Below, piece by piece: positions 18,833 to 27,088 of a stretch of 64,000 nucleotides of DNA (position 1 is its first letter; every line of letters starts with the position of its first letter). Source of the stretch: Hyphomicrobiales bacterium (GTDB taxonomy: Bacteria; Pseudomonadota; Alphaproteobacteria; Rhizobiales; Beijerinckiaceae); contig JANPPJ010000098.1 in NCBI GenBank assembly GCA_031428455.1, forward strand, positions 9,304 through 73,303, read 5' to 3'. Below the pieces are notes generated by a model. It was not told where the DNA came from. It ran no database searches and saw only the letters and a list, made by a program, of their open reading frames with translations. The position numbers and the translations under genes were made by a program.

Positions 18833-19321
18833 ATGCAAACCAGCGCAAACACTCCCGCCACTCCCTGTCCTGACTGCGAAGTCCTGCGCCTTGTGGCGCT
18901 CGATCGCGAGGATCTCGAAGTCGTCTCCTGCCACATGCAGGACGCGGTCATCCGCGTCGGCGACATGGCGTTCCTGCCCACGGCCCATCGCTTCGCCTTT
19001 GTGGCGGCGCGCTTTGACTGGTGCGAAAGCGCCAAAAGCGGCAAGGTCGAGCGGGCGCGCACTGGCGTCCATTTCGACTGCGTCCGCCGTGTCAAGCGCA
19101 CAGGCTTCGATCCCGCGCAGCCAGACACTGTGCTCAACGTGCTCAGCATCGCATTCGAGGAGGGGGACGCCCCGGCCGGCAATGTGGTCATCACCTTTTC
19201 CGGCGGCGCGGCCCTGCGACTGGACGTCGAATGTCTGGACGCGCAGATGCGCGATATGGGAGAGCGTTGGGAGGCGCGTGGCGCGCCGGTCCACGCCATC
19301 GACGACGCCGCGTCCGGCTGA
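18833..19321 (+). CDS. DUF2948 family protein
   Basis: The motif LRLVALDREDLEVVSCHMQDAVIRVGDMAFLP..RFAFVAARFDW and its position between murA and hisD match the conserved alphaproteobacterial arrangement as I recall it. Confidence 0.7.
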   Translation: MQTSANTPATPCPDCEVLRLVALDREDLEVVSCHMQDAVIRVGDMAFLPTAHRFAFVAARFDWCESAKSGKVERARTGVHFDCVRRVKRTGFDPAQPDTVLNVLSIAFEEGDAPAGNVVITFSGGAALRLDVECLDAQMRDMGERWEARGAPVHAIDDAASG

Positions 19322-19348
19322 CGCGGTCTACACTCGGAGTGTTTTTGA

Positions 19349-20644
19349 ATGCCCCTGCGACTTGATACGCGTGACGCTGATTTCGCCAAGGCCTTTCAGG
19401 CCCTGCTGGCGATGAAGCGCGAAGTCTCGCAGGATGTCGACGACGCCGTGCGCAACATCATCGCCGATGTGGTGGCGCGCGGCGATGCCGCCCTCATCGA
19501 TCTGTCGAAGAAGTTTGATCGTTTCGATCTGGCGGCGCTGGGCATCCGCGTCACCGACGCTGAAATCGATGCGGCGCTTGGCCAGTGCGACCCCATCGCC
19601 CTCGACGCTTTGAAGCTGGCGCACAAGCGCATTGTCGCTTTCCACGAGAGGCAACGCCCGCAGGACCAGCGCTTCACCGATGCGCTGGGCGTTGATCTTG
19701 GCTGGCGCTGGAGCGCGATTGAATCGGTTGGGCTTTACGTGCCCGGCGGCACGGCCAGCTACCCGTCCTCAGTGTTGATGAACTGCGTGCCCGCGAAGGT
19801 CGCAGGCGTGCCGCGCATCGCCATGGTCGCGCCTGCGCCAGAGGGGCGCATCAATCCGCTCGTGCTCGCAGCCGCGCGCATTGCGGGCGTCGATGAAATC
19901 TATCGCGTGGGCGGCGCGCAGGCCGTCGCGGCTCTTGCCTATGGCACGCAGACCATCGCGCCCGTCGCAAAAATTGTCGGCCCCGGCAACGCCTATGTGG
20001 CCGCCGCAAAGCGCCGCGTGTTCGGCACGGTTGGCATCGACATGATTGCTGGCCCTTCCGAAGTGCTCGTGATCGCCGACGCCGCGGCGAACCCGGACTG
20101 GATCGCCGCCGATCTTCTCGCGCAGGCCGAGCATGATACGGCGGCGCAGGCCATCCTCATCACCGATGACGCGCCGCTTGCGGACGCTGTGGCGCAGGCG
20201 GTGGAGCGACAGCTTCTCACCCTGCCGCGCAAGGATATCGCAGGCGCCAGCTGGCGCGACTTTGGCTGTATCATCCTGGTGGAGCAGCTCAGCGCCTGCA
20301 TCCCGCTCGTTGACCGTCTCGCGCCGGAGCATCTCGAAGTGATGTGCGAAGACGCCGAAGATCTGTCCGCGCGCGTGCGCAACGCAGGCGCTATCTTTAT
20401 CGGCGGACACACGCCGGAAGCGATTGGCGATTACGTCGGCGGCTCGAACCACGTTCTGCCCACTGCGCGCTCGGCGCGTTTTTCGTCCGGTTTGGGCGTG
20501 CTCGATTTCATGAAGCGCACGTCCATCCTCAAGTGCTCGCCGGACTCGCTGCGCGAGATCGGGCCTGCTGCGATTGCGCTGGGGGAAGCCGAGGGCCTCA
20601 GCGCTCATGCGCGTTCCGTCGCCATTCGCATGAATCTGCGCTGA
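19349..20644 (+). CDS. hisD: histidinol dehydrogenase
   Basis: 431 aa. Contains ...[17 protein letters not shown]...[12 protein letters not shown]...AEHD... and C-terminal GLSAHARSV. Confidence 0.95.
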   Translation: MPLRLDTRDADFAKAFQALLAMKREVSQDVDDAVRNIIADVVARGDAALIDLSKKFDRFDLAALGIRVTDAEIDAALGQCDPIALDALKLAHKRIVAFHERQRPQDQRFTDALGVDLGWRWSAIESVGLYVPGGTASYPSSVLMNCVPAKVAGVPRIAMVAPAPEGRINPLVLAAARIAGVDEIYRVGGAQAVAALAYGTQTIAPVAKIVGPGNAYVAAAKRRVFGTVGIDMIAGPSEVLVIADAAANPDWIAADLLAQAEHDTAAQAILITDDAPLADAVAQAVERQLLTLPRKDIAGASWRDFGCIILVEQLSACIPLVDRLAPEHLEVMCEDAEDLSARVRNAGAIFIGGHTPEAIGDYVGGSNHVLPTARSARFSSGLGVLDFMKRTSILKCSPDSLREIGPAAIALGEAEGLSAHARSVAIRMNLR

Positions 20645-20648
20645 TGCA

Positions 20649-21134
20649 ATGAGCGACGCCGCCAGCTTCCGACGGCGCCTCGTCTCGGTCCTTCTCGATG
20701 AAACGTCCATTGGCCGGGGCAATCTGGATCAGGAGCACGAGCGGCTCGTCGCGATCTACGATCTTGTTGAGATCAATTCATTCGCGCTGCCGGGTCACGA
20801 CGGCGGGCCCTATGCGCTGCACGTCTCGCTTCACGACAAGAAATTGTGCTTTGACGTGCGGGCGCAAGATGGCGAGCCGATCATCCGGCACATCATGTCG
20901 CTGACGCCCTTCCGCAGGCTGCTGAAGGATTATTTCCTTGTCTGCGAGAGTTATTACGCAGCCATCCGCACCGCGACGCCCGCGCAGATCGAGGCCATCG
21001 ACATGGGGCGGCGCGGACTGCACAATGAAGGCGCGACGCTTCTGTCCGAGCGCCTTGATGGCAAGATCGAGTGCGATTTCGACACCTCGCGGCGCTTGTT
21101 CACCCTCATCACCGCTCTGCACTGGAAAGGCTGA
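20649..21134 (+). CDS. UPF0262 family protein
   Basis: [36 protein letters not shown]. Conserved partner gene downstream of hisD in alphaproteobacteria. Confidence 0.8.
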   Translation: MSDAASFRRRLVSVLLDETSIGRGNLDQEHERLVAIYDLVEINSFALPGHDGGPYALHVSLHDKKLCFDVRAQDGEPIIRHIMSLTPFRRLLKDYFLVCESYYAAIRTATPAQIEAIDMGRRGLHNEGATLLSERLDGKIECDFDTSRRLFTLITALHWKG

Positions 21135-21165
21135 AAGCCATGAACCGGGGCGGGGGAGGGGTTTC

Positions 21166-21630
21166 ATGACGGCCCCGACGCGCCGGCCGCAATCACTGTT
21201 GTTCGCCTGCACGACAAACACTGTGCGCTCCCCCATGGCGGAGGGACTTGCGAAGCATCTCTTCGGGCGTGAGATCTTCATTGCGTCCGCTGGCGTGCGG
21301 CCTATCGAGCCCGATCACTTCGCCATCGCAGTCATGGACGAGATCGGCATCGACATCTCAAAGCACAAGCCGCACACGTTTGCGGAGCTTGAAGACGACA
21401 GCTTCGACGTCATCATCACGCTGTCGCCCGAGGCCCACCACACCGCGCTGGAATACACGCGCACATCAGCGGTTGAAGTGATCTACTGGCCCACCATCGA
21501 CGCCACCGCAGTGCAAGGCTCGCGCGAGCAGATGATGGACGCCTACCGCGGCGTGCGTGACACCCTGCAGAAGCGCATCAAGGAATACCTGGATTGGCGC
21601 CCGATGATGTCGGTGAGCGGCGGGGAGTAA
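21166..21630 (+). CDS. low-molecular-weight phosphatase family protein (LMW-PTP/ArsC-like)
   Basis: LLFACTTNTVRSPMAEGL contains the CX5R(S) P-loop. 154 aa from the internal ATG. Confidence 0.8.
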   Translation: MTAPTRRPQSLLFACTTNTVRSPMAEGLAKHLFGREIFIASAGVRPIEPDHFAIAVMDEIGIDISKHKPHTFAELEDDSFDVIITLSPEAHHTALEYTRTSAVEVIYWPTIDATAVQGSREQMMDAYRGVRDTLQKRIKEYLDWRPMMSVSGGE

Positions 21631-21635
21631 AGTTT

Positions 21636-22787
21636 CTAATCTTCGAAAAGTGACATTAGTTCATTAGCGAAATAAAATTTCTGCCGACCGGAATATGGTG
21701 ACTTCTTTACAATGCCAAGATCCTCTAGTTTTTGAACATTATTTTTTGCAGCAGTGTAGCTAGTTCCAGTTAACTCCCTAACACTACTGACTGTAACATA
21801 AAGTTTTTCGAATAGCTTATCAATTATGGTAAGTAGTAGGGCTGAGGATCGAGCTTGCTGGCATTTCGCTCTATAGCTCTCTTGGAGTTCCATCACCTTA
21901 TGAATTGTGACGATTGTCTTTTCGCACGAGATCGTAAGGCCCTTCAGAAAGAAGAGAACCCAATCTTCCCATTTGCTCTGTCTCGACACGTTCAACATCA
22001 AGTCCACGTATTCGTCTCGATGGTCTTCGAAATATTGGCTCATGTACAGGAGCGGTTGATCCATTAAATTACGAGAGCGTAGTATTAACGGTATCAATAT
22101 GCGGCCAACTCTGCCGTTTCCGTCTGGGAAGGGATGGATCGTTTCAAATTGGTAGTGGAAGAGGGCTACAAACACCAACGGGGGTAACCCTGCCATATCT
22201 TCTAGGTTAATAAATGTCTCCAAGTCAGCCATGCAATCCAAATGCATAGGTGGCGGAGGAGGGTTAAAACGTGATTTTGCTACGTCTTTGGACTTACCAA
22301 TAAAATTCTGTTCTTTGCGATATTCTCCGGGTTCAAAGTAGCCCGTTCGGCTCTTTGGTAGCCGCTTGAGTAATGTCTTATGTATTTCCTGTATTAGGCG
22401 ATTCGAGACAGGAATGTCAGACAATAGTTCGATGCCACGTTGTAGTGCTCGTACATAGTTATAGACTTCTAGGGTGTCGGTGGTTTGACGGGCTTCGTCA
22501 ACTCCTGACTCTAGAATCAACAATTCCGGAAGGGACGTGTAAGTGCCTTCGATATTAGACGAGGCAATAGCTTCCCGTCGCTGCAACGGTCTGATCAATA
22601 GGTAGGGGTTAGGGAGGTAGCGTCCAATTCCGCGAAGTTCCCCAAATTTCTGGTCAGCTTCGGAAAGGGCCTGCTGAACAATGGAAAAGTCGAAGCTTGG
22701 GGGTAGTGAGGCAGGTATAAAAGCTTTCTGTCCAAGAATCGTGGCTACAAGCCGACCGGACGGGGTTGAGAAGCTAGCGGGGTCCAT
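21636..22787 (-). CDS. Fic family protein (class II: N-terminal inhibitory motif, Fic core, C-terminal winged-helix-like region)
   Basis: HPFPDGNGRVGR at 22101-22136 is the canonical HxFx(D/E)GNGRxxR. SSNIEG at 22545-22562 fits the inhibitory [ST]xxxE[GN] motif. AT-rich ORF: hand counts of two 60-nt lines gave 22-23 G+C. Confidence 0.9.
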   Translation of the reverse strand: MDPASFSTPSGRLVATILGQKAFIPASLPPSFDFSIVQQALSEADQKFGELRGIGRYLPNPYLLIRPLQRREAIASSNIEGTYTSLPELLILESGVDEARQTTDTLEVYNYVRALQRGIELLSDIPVSNRLIQEIHKTLLKRLPKSRTGYFEPGEYRKEQNFIGKSKDVAKSRFNPPPPPMHLDCMADLETFINLEDMAGLPPLVFVALFHYQFETIHPFPDGNGRVGRILIPLILRSRNLMDQPLLYMSQYFEDHRDEYVDLMLNVSRQSKWEDWVLFFLKGLTISCEKTIVTIHKVMELQESYRAKCQQARSSALLLTIIDKLFEKLYVTVSSVRELTGTSYTAAKNNVQKLEDLGIVKKSPYSGRQKFYFANELMSLFED

Positions 22788-22801
22788 CTCAATTTACCTG
22801 G

Positions 22802-22848
22802 GTGTGATACAGCGCACGTAATCACACTTTATGGCTCGAAAAGTGTGA
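22802..22848. promoter_or_regulatory. two overlapping palindromes (operator-like) upstream of fic
   Basis: GTGTGAT(22802-08)-N12-ATCACAC(22821-27) and TCACACTT(22822-29)-N11-AAGTGTGA(22841-48). They lie 15-61 nt upstream of the fic ATG (22787). Confidence 0.4.
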
Positions 22849-22889
22849 CTCAACCATTTAAATGACGACTGCTAGCCATTTTTTTGTCT

Positions 22890-24167
22890 TCACATCCCCT
22901 CGGGCCGACCCGCCACGGTCACCAGCAGCGTCTTGCCGTCAAACAAACGCCTCGTCACGCGGCGCACGTCTTCCATCGTCACGGCGGCGATCATGTCGTT
23001 GCGCTTGTCGAGATACTCGACCGGCAAACCATCCGTCTGCATGCTGACGAGATTGCCCGCAATCTTCGTCGATGTGTCGAAGCGCAGCACGTAGGAGCCG
23101 ATGAGATACTTCTTGGCCTTGTCGAGTTCATCGACCGTCGGCCCGTCGGCCACCAGCTTGGCGATCTCTTCTTCGATGACCGAGAGCGATTCCGCGGCGC
23201 GCTCGTTCTTGGTTGATGTGCCGCCCGAGAACAGCGCTGCGTGATCGTAGGCGCCAAGCTGCGAATGCACGGAATACGCAAGACCGCGTTTCTCGCGCAC
23301 TTCCTTGAACAGGCGCGCTGAAAAAACGCCGCCGCCCAGAATGTGGTTGACCACCACGGCGATCATGAAATCCGCATCATCGCGCGCAATGCCCGGCAGG
23401 CCAAAGCGGATTGTTGACTGCGGCACATCCACATCAAGCACGCGCTTCTTGCCAGCCAGCGGCACAACGTCGGCCACGGGCGTCAGTTTGGCCTGCGCAG
23501 GCAGCGCGGCGAATGTCTTGTCCACCAGCGCAGCAAGGCGGGTCGCGTCAATGGCGCCCACCGCGCCGATCTTGAGGTTGCCGCGGGCCAGCGTCGCGCC
23601 GTGCATGGCGGCAATGTCCGCCCGCGTGATCGTGGGCACGGATTCAAGCGTGCCCTGCGAGGGGCGCCCATAGGGATGGTTGGGGAATGCGTCTTCGCGG
23701 AAAGCGCGGGCGGCGACCCGGTTCGGGTCTTTCACTTCATGCTTGAGCCCGGCGACGATTTGCGCGCGCACGCGCTCCATGGCGTCTTCATCAAGACGGG
23801 GCTCGCAAACCGCAAGACGCAGCAATTCAAAGGCGGGGTCGATGTTGCGCGACAGGGTTTTCAGCTGGCCATGAAAATTGTCATGCTCTGCCGAAAACGC
23901 GATCTCGACCGCAAGGTCATCCATGGCGCGATGGAAAGCATCAGCATCATAATCGCCTGCGCCTTCATCCAGCAGGCTTGCAAGCATGCCCGACACGCCC
24001 GGCTTGTCGGCCGGGTCTTGCGCCGCGCCAGCCTTGAAGGCGAAGTCAAACGCGACGAGCGGCACGGCGTAATCTTCGACCAGCCACACTTCTATGCCGC
24101 GAGGCGTAACCACCTTCTGCACGGTCGCGGCGCGCGAGAGCGCAACTTTTTCAATTACGGCTGTCAT
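22890..24167 (-). CDS. M16 family peptidase, non-catalytic-type subunit
   Basis: Pitrilysin-like fold (…LGAYDHAALFSGGTSTKNERAAESLSVIEEEI…) without an HxxEH motif. Paired with the upstream catalytic M16 gene. Confidence 0.85.
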   Translation of the reverse strand: MTAVIEKVALSRAATVQKVVTPRGIEVWLVEDYAVPLVAFDFAFKAGAAQDPADKPGVSGMLASLLDEGAGDYDADAFHRAMDDLAVEIAFSAEHDNFHGQLKTLSRNIDPAFELLRLAVCEPRLDEDAMERVRAQIVAGLKHEVKDPNRVAARAFREDAFPNHPYGRPSQGTLESVPTITRADIAAMHGATLARGNLKIGAVGAIDATRLAALVDKTFAALPAQAKLTPVADVVPLAGKKRVLDVDVPQSTIRFGLPGIARDDADFMIAVVVNHILGGGVFSARLFKEVREKRGLAYSVHSQLGAYDHAALFSGGTSTKNERAAESLSVIEEEIAKLVADGPTVDELDKAKKYLIGSYVLRFDTSTKIAGNLVSMQTDGLPVEYLDKRNDMIAAVTMEDVRRVTRRLFDGKTLLVTVAGRPEGM

Positions 24168-24245
24168 CTGGAAATCCCGGTCTCGCAAAAGCGAACTGAA
24201 TAGGCGCAATCAGGGGCGACTGAGGCCGCCCCCTTCGCTCAGGCG

Positions 24246-25637
24246 TCAAGCGGCTTGCGCGCCTTCTTTCGGCGCGAGCAGGAAACCTGTCACCGCACGG
24301 CGTCGGTCGAGCCATTTTTTTGCCGCCGCCTGCACGTCCTGCGCGGTCACCGCGTCGATGCGCGCAGGCCATTGTTGCACGGCCTCCACAGACTCGCCGG
24401 TTGTCAGCGCCGCGCCGTACCAGCGGGCCAGCGAGGTTTGGCTGTCCTGCGCATAAACGGCGTCGGCGATGAGGCGCGTCTTGGCGCGCGCCAGATCCTG
24501 CGCGTCCGCAGGCTCGCTCGCCATCTGTGCGATCACCTTGCCGACAGCCTCATCAAGCGTCTCAAGCGAAACGTCCGGCGCGGGCAGCGACCACACGTAG
24601 AAGCGCGTGTCGTCAAGCGCGGTGCCAAGGTAGTAGGCGCCGGTTGAAACGGCGACCTTCTGGTTGACGATCAGATCGCGATAGAGCCTGCTTGTAGGCC
24701 CGCTGCCCAGCAGATGGCACAAAACCTCGAGCGCTTCCGCATTGCCCGGCTGTGCGGAGGAGTAAGACGGAACGAGGTAAATCCGCTGCTGGCTCGGCTG
24801 CTCCACCTTCTCATCCGCGAGCGAGACGAGGCGATGGGCGCGGGGCTCAGGCTCGCGCGGACGAAAACGCTTGGGCGCTTCGCCACGGGCGGCAATCTTG
24901 CCGTAGGTGTCTTCCGCCAGAGTGCGAACTTCCGCCTCCGTCACATCGCCTGCGACGATGAGGATGGCGTTCTCGGGCGTGTAAAAGCGCTCGTAATAGG
25001 CGAGCGCATCCTTGCGATCGAGAGTTTCGATCTCGTGCTGCCAGCCGATGATCGGCTTGCCATAGGGATGGTGCGTGAACAGCGCCGCGTGGACAGCTTC
25101 GCTGAGTTGCGACGCCGGATCAGTATCCGTGCGCATGCGGCGTTCTTCGAGCACCACGTCGCGCTCGGGCGCAACGATCTCGTCCGTCAGAACGAGGTTC
25201 GACATGCGGTCGGCCTCATAGGACATCATCACGCGCAGATGCTCTTTGGGCACGCGCTGATAATACGCCGTGTAGTCGTTCGACGTGAATGCGTTTTCCT
25301 GGCCGCCCAGTTCGGCAACCACTTCGGAAAACTCGCCAAGCTTGTGGTTCTTCGTGCCTTTGAACATCAGGTGTTCAAGAAAGTGCGCAATGCCCGACTT
25401 GCCCTGCGGATCATCGGCCGATCCATTCCGGTACCACACCATGTGCGTCACAACCGGCGCGCGATGGTCGGGAATGACGACCACATCCATGCCGTTGCCG
25501 AGGCTAAAGTTTTTCACCGCGCCGCCGCCAATGGTTTCGCCGCCCGGCTGCGGCGTCAGGCCTGCCGGTGCGATCGTCGCAGGGCTCATGGCAGGGCTCA
25601 TGGCAGGGCTCACGGAAGGGCTGGCGGGAGCGTTCAT
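24246..25637 (-). CDS. M16 family zinc peptidase (HxxEH)
   Basis: GIAHFLEHLMFKGT carries the inverted zinc motif HxxEH. ATG at 25637 with GGAGAA upstream. Confidence 0.9.
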   Translation of the reverse strand: MNAPASPSVSPAMSPAMSPATIAPAGLTPQPGGETIGGGAVKNFSLGNGMDVVVIPDHRAPVVTHMVWYRNGSADDPQGKSGIAHFLEHLMFKGTKNHKLGEFSEVVAELGGQENAFTSNDYTAYYQRVPKEHLRVMMSYEADRMSNLVLTDEIVAPERDVVLEERRMRTDTDPASQLSEAVHAALFTHHPYGKPIIGWQHEIETLDRKDALAYYERFYTPENAILIVAGDVTEAEVRTLAEDTYGKIAARGEAPKRFRPREPEPRAHRLVSLADEKVEQPSQQRIYLVPSYSSAQPGNAEALEVLCHLLGSGPTSRLYRDLIVNQKVAVSTGAYYLGTALDDTRFYVWSLPAPDVSLETLDEAVGKVIAQMASEPADAQDLARAKTRLIADAVYAQDSQTSLARWYGAALTTGESVEAVQQWPARIDAVTAQDVQAAAKKWLDRRRAVTGFLLAPKEGAQAA

Positions 25638-25769
25638 GTGCGCGCTTTCTCCGGTTCTATCGTCTTGCCGCCGACGCAAAATAGCGAGGCGACGCGAAAA
25701 GAGGGCGCGAACGCCCTCTCGTTAGTCTCAATATAGGAGGCTTTCGCCCGCGCGCCATGCGACCAGTTT

Positions 25770-26486
25770 TCAGAAGTCCGGGTTTTCACCACGCGCGATG
25801 GCGCGACTACGGCGGTTCTCTTCAAGCTGCTGGGCGCGCGCGTCGCCAATATCGACCTTGCGCTCGACCTCAAACGTGTACCGCTGCGCGGTGGTCTGGG
25901 TGCGGAATCCCGGCGGCGGGTCGGTGAGAGTGCGCCGTGTCGGCTCCTGACCGACTGCGACTTTCTGCTCGCTCTCTTTGCGGTTCGACATGGTCGACCA
26001 GAATTGCTGCGTGTTGCAGAGCCGCTCAAGCGGATCATCGCGGCATTCGCGTGGATCGCGTGCTCCTGCAACCGGGGCCCCCGCAACGCCGTTGGGGGCG
26101 CGACGTCCGCCAAATTCGTCCTCGCGGTCGCGGGGCGCGCGATCACGGGCCTGCGCGCGGCGGTTGCGCTGCTGGTCGAAATCTTGCGGCCAGTTGGCGT
26201 TGCGGGCCGCAACGCCAGATCCCGGCGGGGGCAACTGCTGCGTGTTGGGCGGAAGCACCAGTGGCGCGCGTTCGCGATATTCAATGGTGGGCTTGGCGCT
26301 TTCGCCGCCCAGACCAATGCCAGCGGTCACCAACTGGAAAACGGAGACGAAGACGTTCTCCTGCCCGTCGTCGAGCGCCCTGGCGGGCGTGCTGACGGTA
26401 AGACCCAGAATGAGAGCGCCGCCCACTGCCGCAATCAAGGCCCGGCTTGAACCTGACTGACGGAATGTCACGTGACGAAAGGTCAT
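25770..26486 (-). CDS. hypothetical exported protein
   Basis: MTFRHVTFRQSGSSRALIAAVGGALILGLTVSTPARA is a signal peptide. Arg/Pro/Asp-rich body. AAGGGGA lies upstream of the ATG. Conserved position downstream of lspA. Confidence 0.55.
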   Translation of the reverse strand: MTFRHVTFRQSGSSRALIAAVGGALILGLTVSTPARALDDGQENVFVSVFQLVTAGIGLGGESAKPTIEYRERAPLVLPPNTQQLPPPGSGVAARNANWPQDFDQQRNRRAQARDRAPRDREDEFGGRRAPNGVAGAPVAGARDPRECRDDPLERLCNTQQFWSTMSNRKESEQKVAVGQEPTRRTLTDPPPGFRTQTTAQRYTFEVERKVDIGDARAQQLEENRRSRAIARGENPDF

Positions 26487-26515
26487 GGCCAAATTCCCCT
26501 TAACGAAAACTCGAA

Positions 26516-27088
26516 TCACCCTGCCGCCCCATCTGGGCGATTCGGTGGCGAGCCATCCGGCGTTGCGACCGGAACCTTCCGATCCCCTTCAGGGGAACCT
26601 TCGAAGAGGCTTTGATACAGGAGAAGGGCGACGCCGGCAACGATGGCGACGTCAGCGATGTTGAAGATGTACCAGGACAATCGTCCCCAGCGCTCTGTAT
26701 CGACGTACAGATGGAAGAAGTCGGCAACCGCGCCGTAAGCGTAACGGTCCCAGGCGTTGCCCAGCGCGCCGCCGACAATGCATCCCAGCGCCAGCCCCGT
26801 CAGCCTGTCAGGCGCCCGCCACAGCCAGATGCTCAGCCCAAGCGTGATCGTGAGCGTCACGGCAAGCAGGGTCATCCGGCCCGTCTGCGTCTCCGCGGCG
26901 AAGAGCGAATACGAAATGCCGGGGTTCCACGCCATGACGAGGTCAAGGAACGGCGTCACATGCACCGGCTGCCTCTGGGCGATGTCGTAGACAAACAGCA
27001 TCCAGTGCTTGTGGACCTGGTCCGCCAGCAAAAGGACGCCCGCTACACTCAGGCCGAGGGCGCGCGGACTGAGGCTGCCCAAGCTCAC
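26516..27088 (-). CDS. lspA: lipoprotein signal peptidase (signal peptidase II)
   Basis: 190 aa, 4 TM, with [10 protein letters not shown] and FNIADVAI motifs. GTG start overlaps the ileS stop. Confidence 0.9.
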   Translation of the reverse strand: MSLGSLSPRALGLSVAGVLLLADQVHKHWMLFVYDIAQRQPVHVTPFLDLVMAWNPGISYSLFAAETQTGRMTLLAVTLTITLGLSIWLWRAPDRLTGLALGCIVGGALGNAWDRYAYGAVADFFHLYVDTERWGRLSWYIFNIADVAIVAGVALLLYQSLFEGSPEGDRKVPVATPDGSPPNRPDGAAG

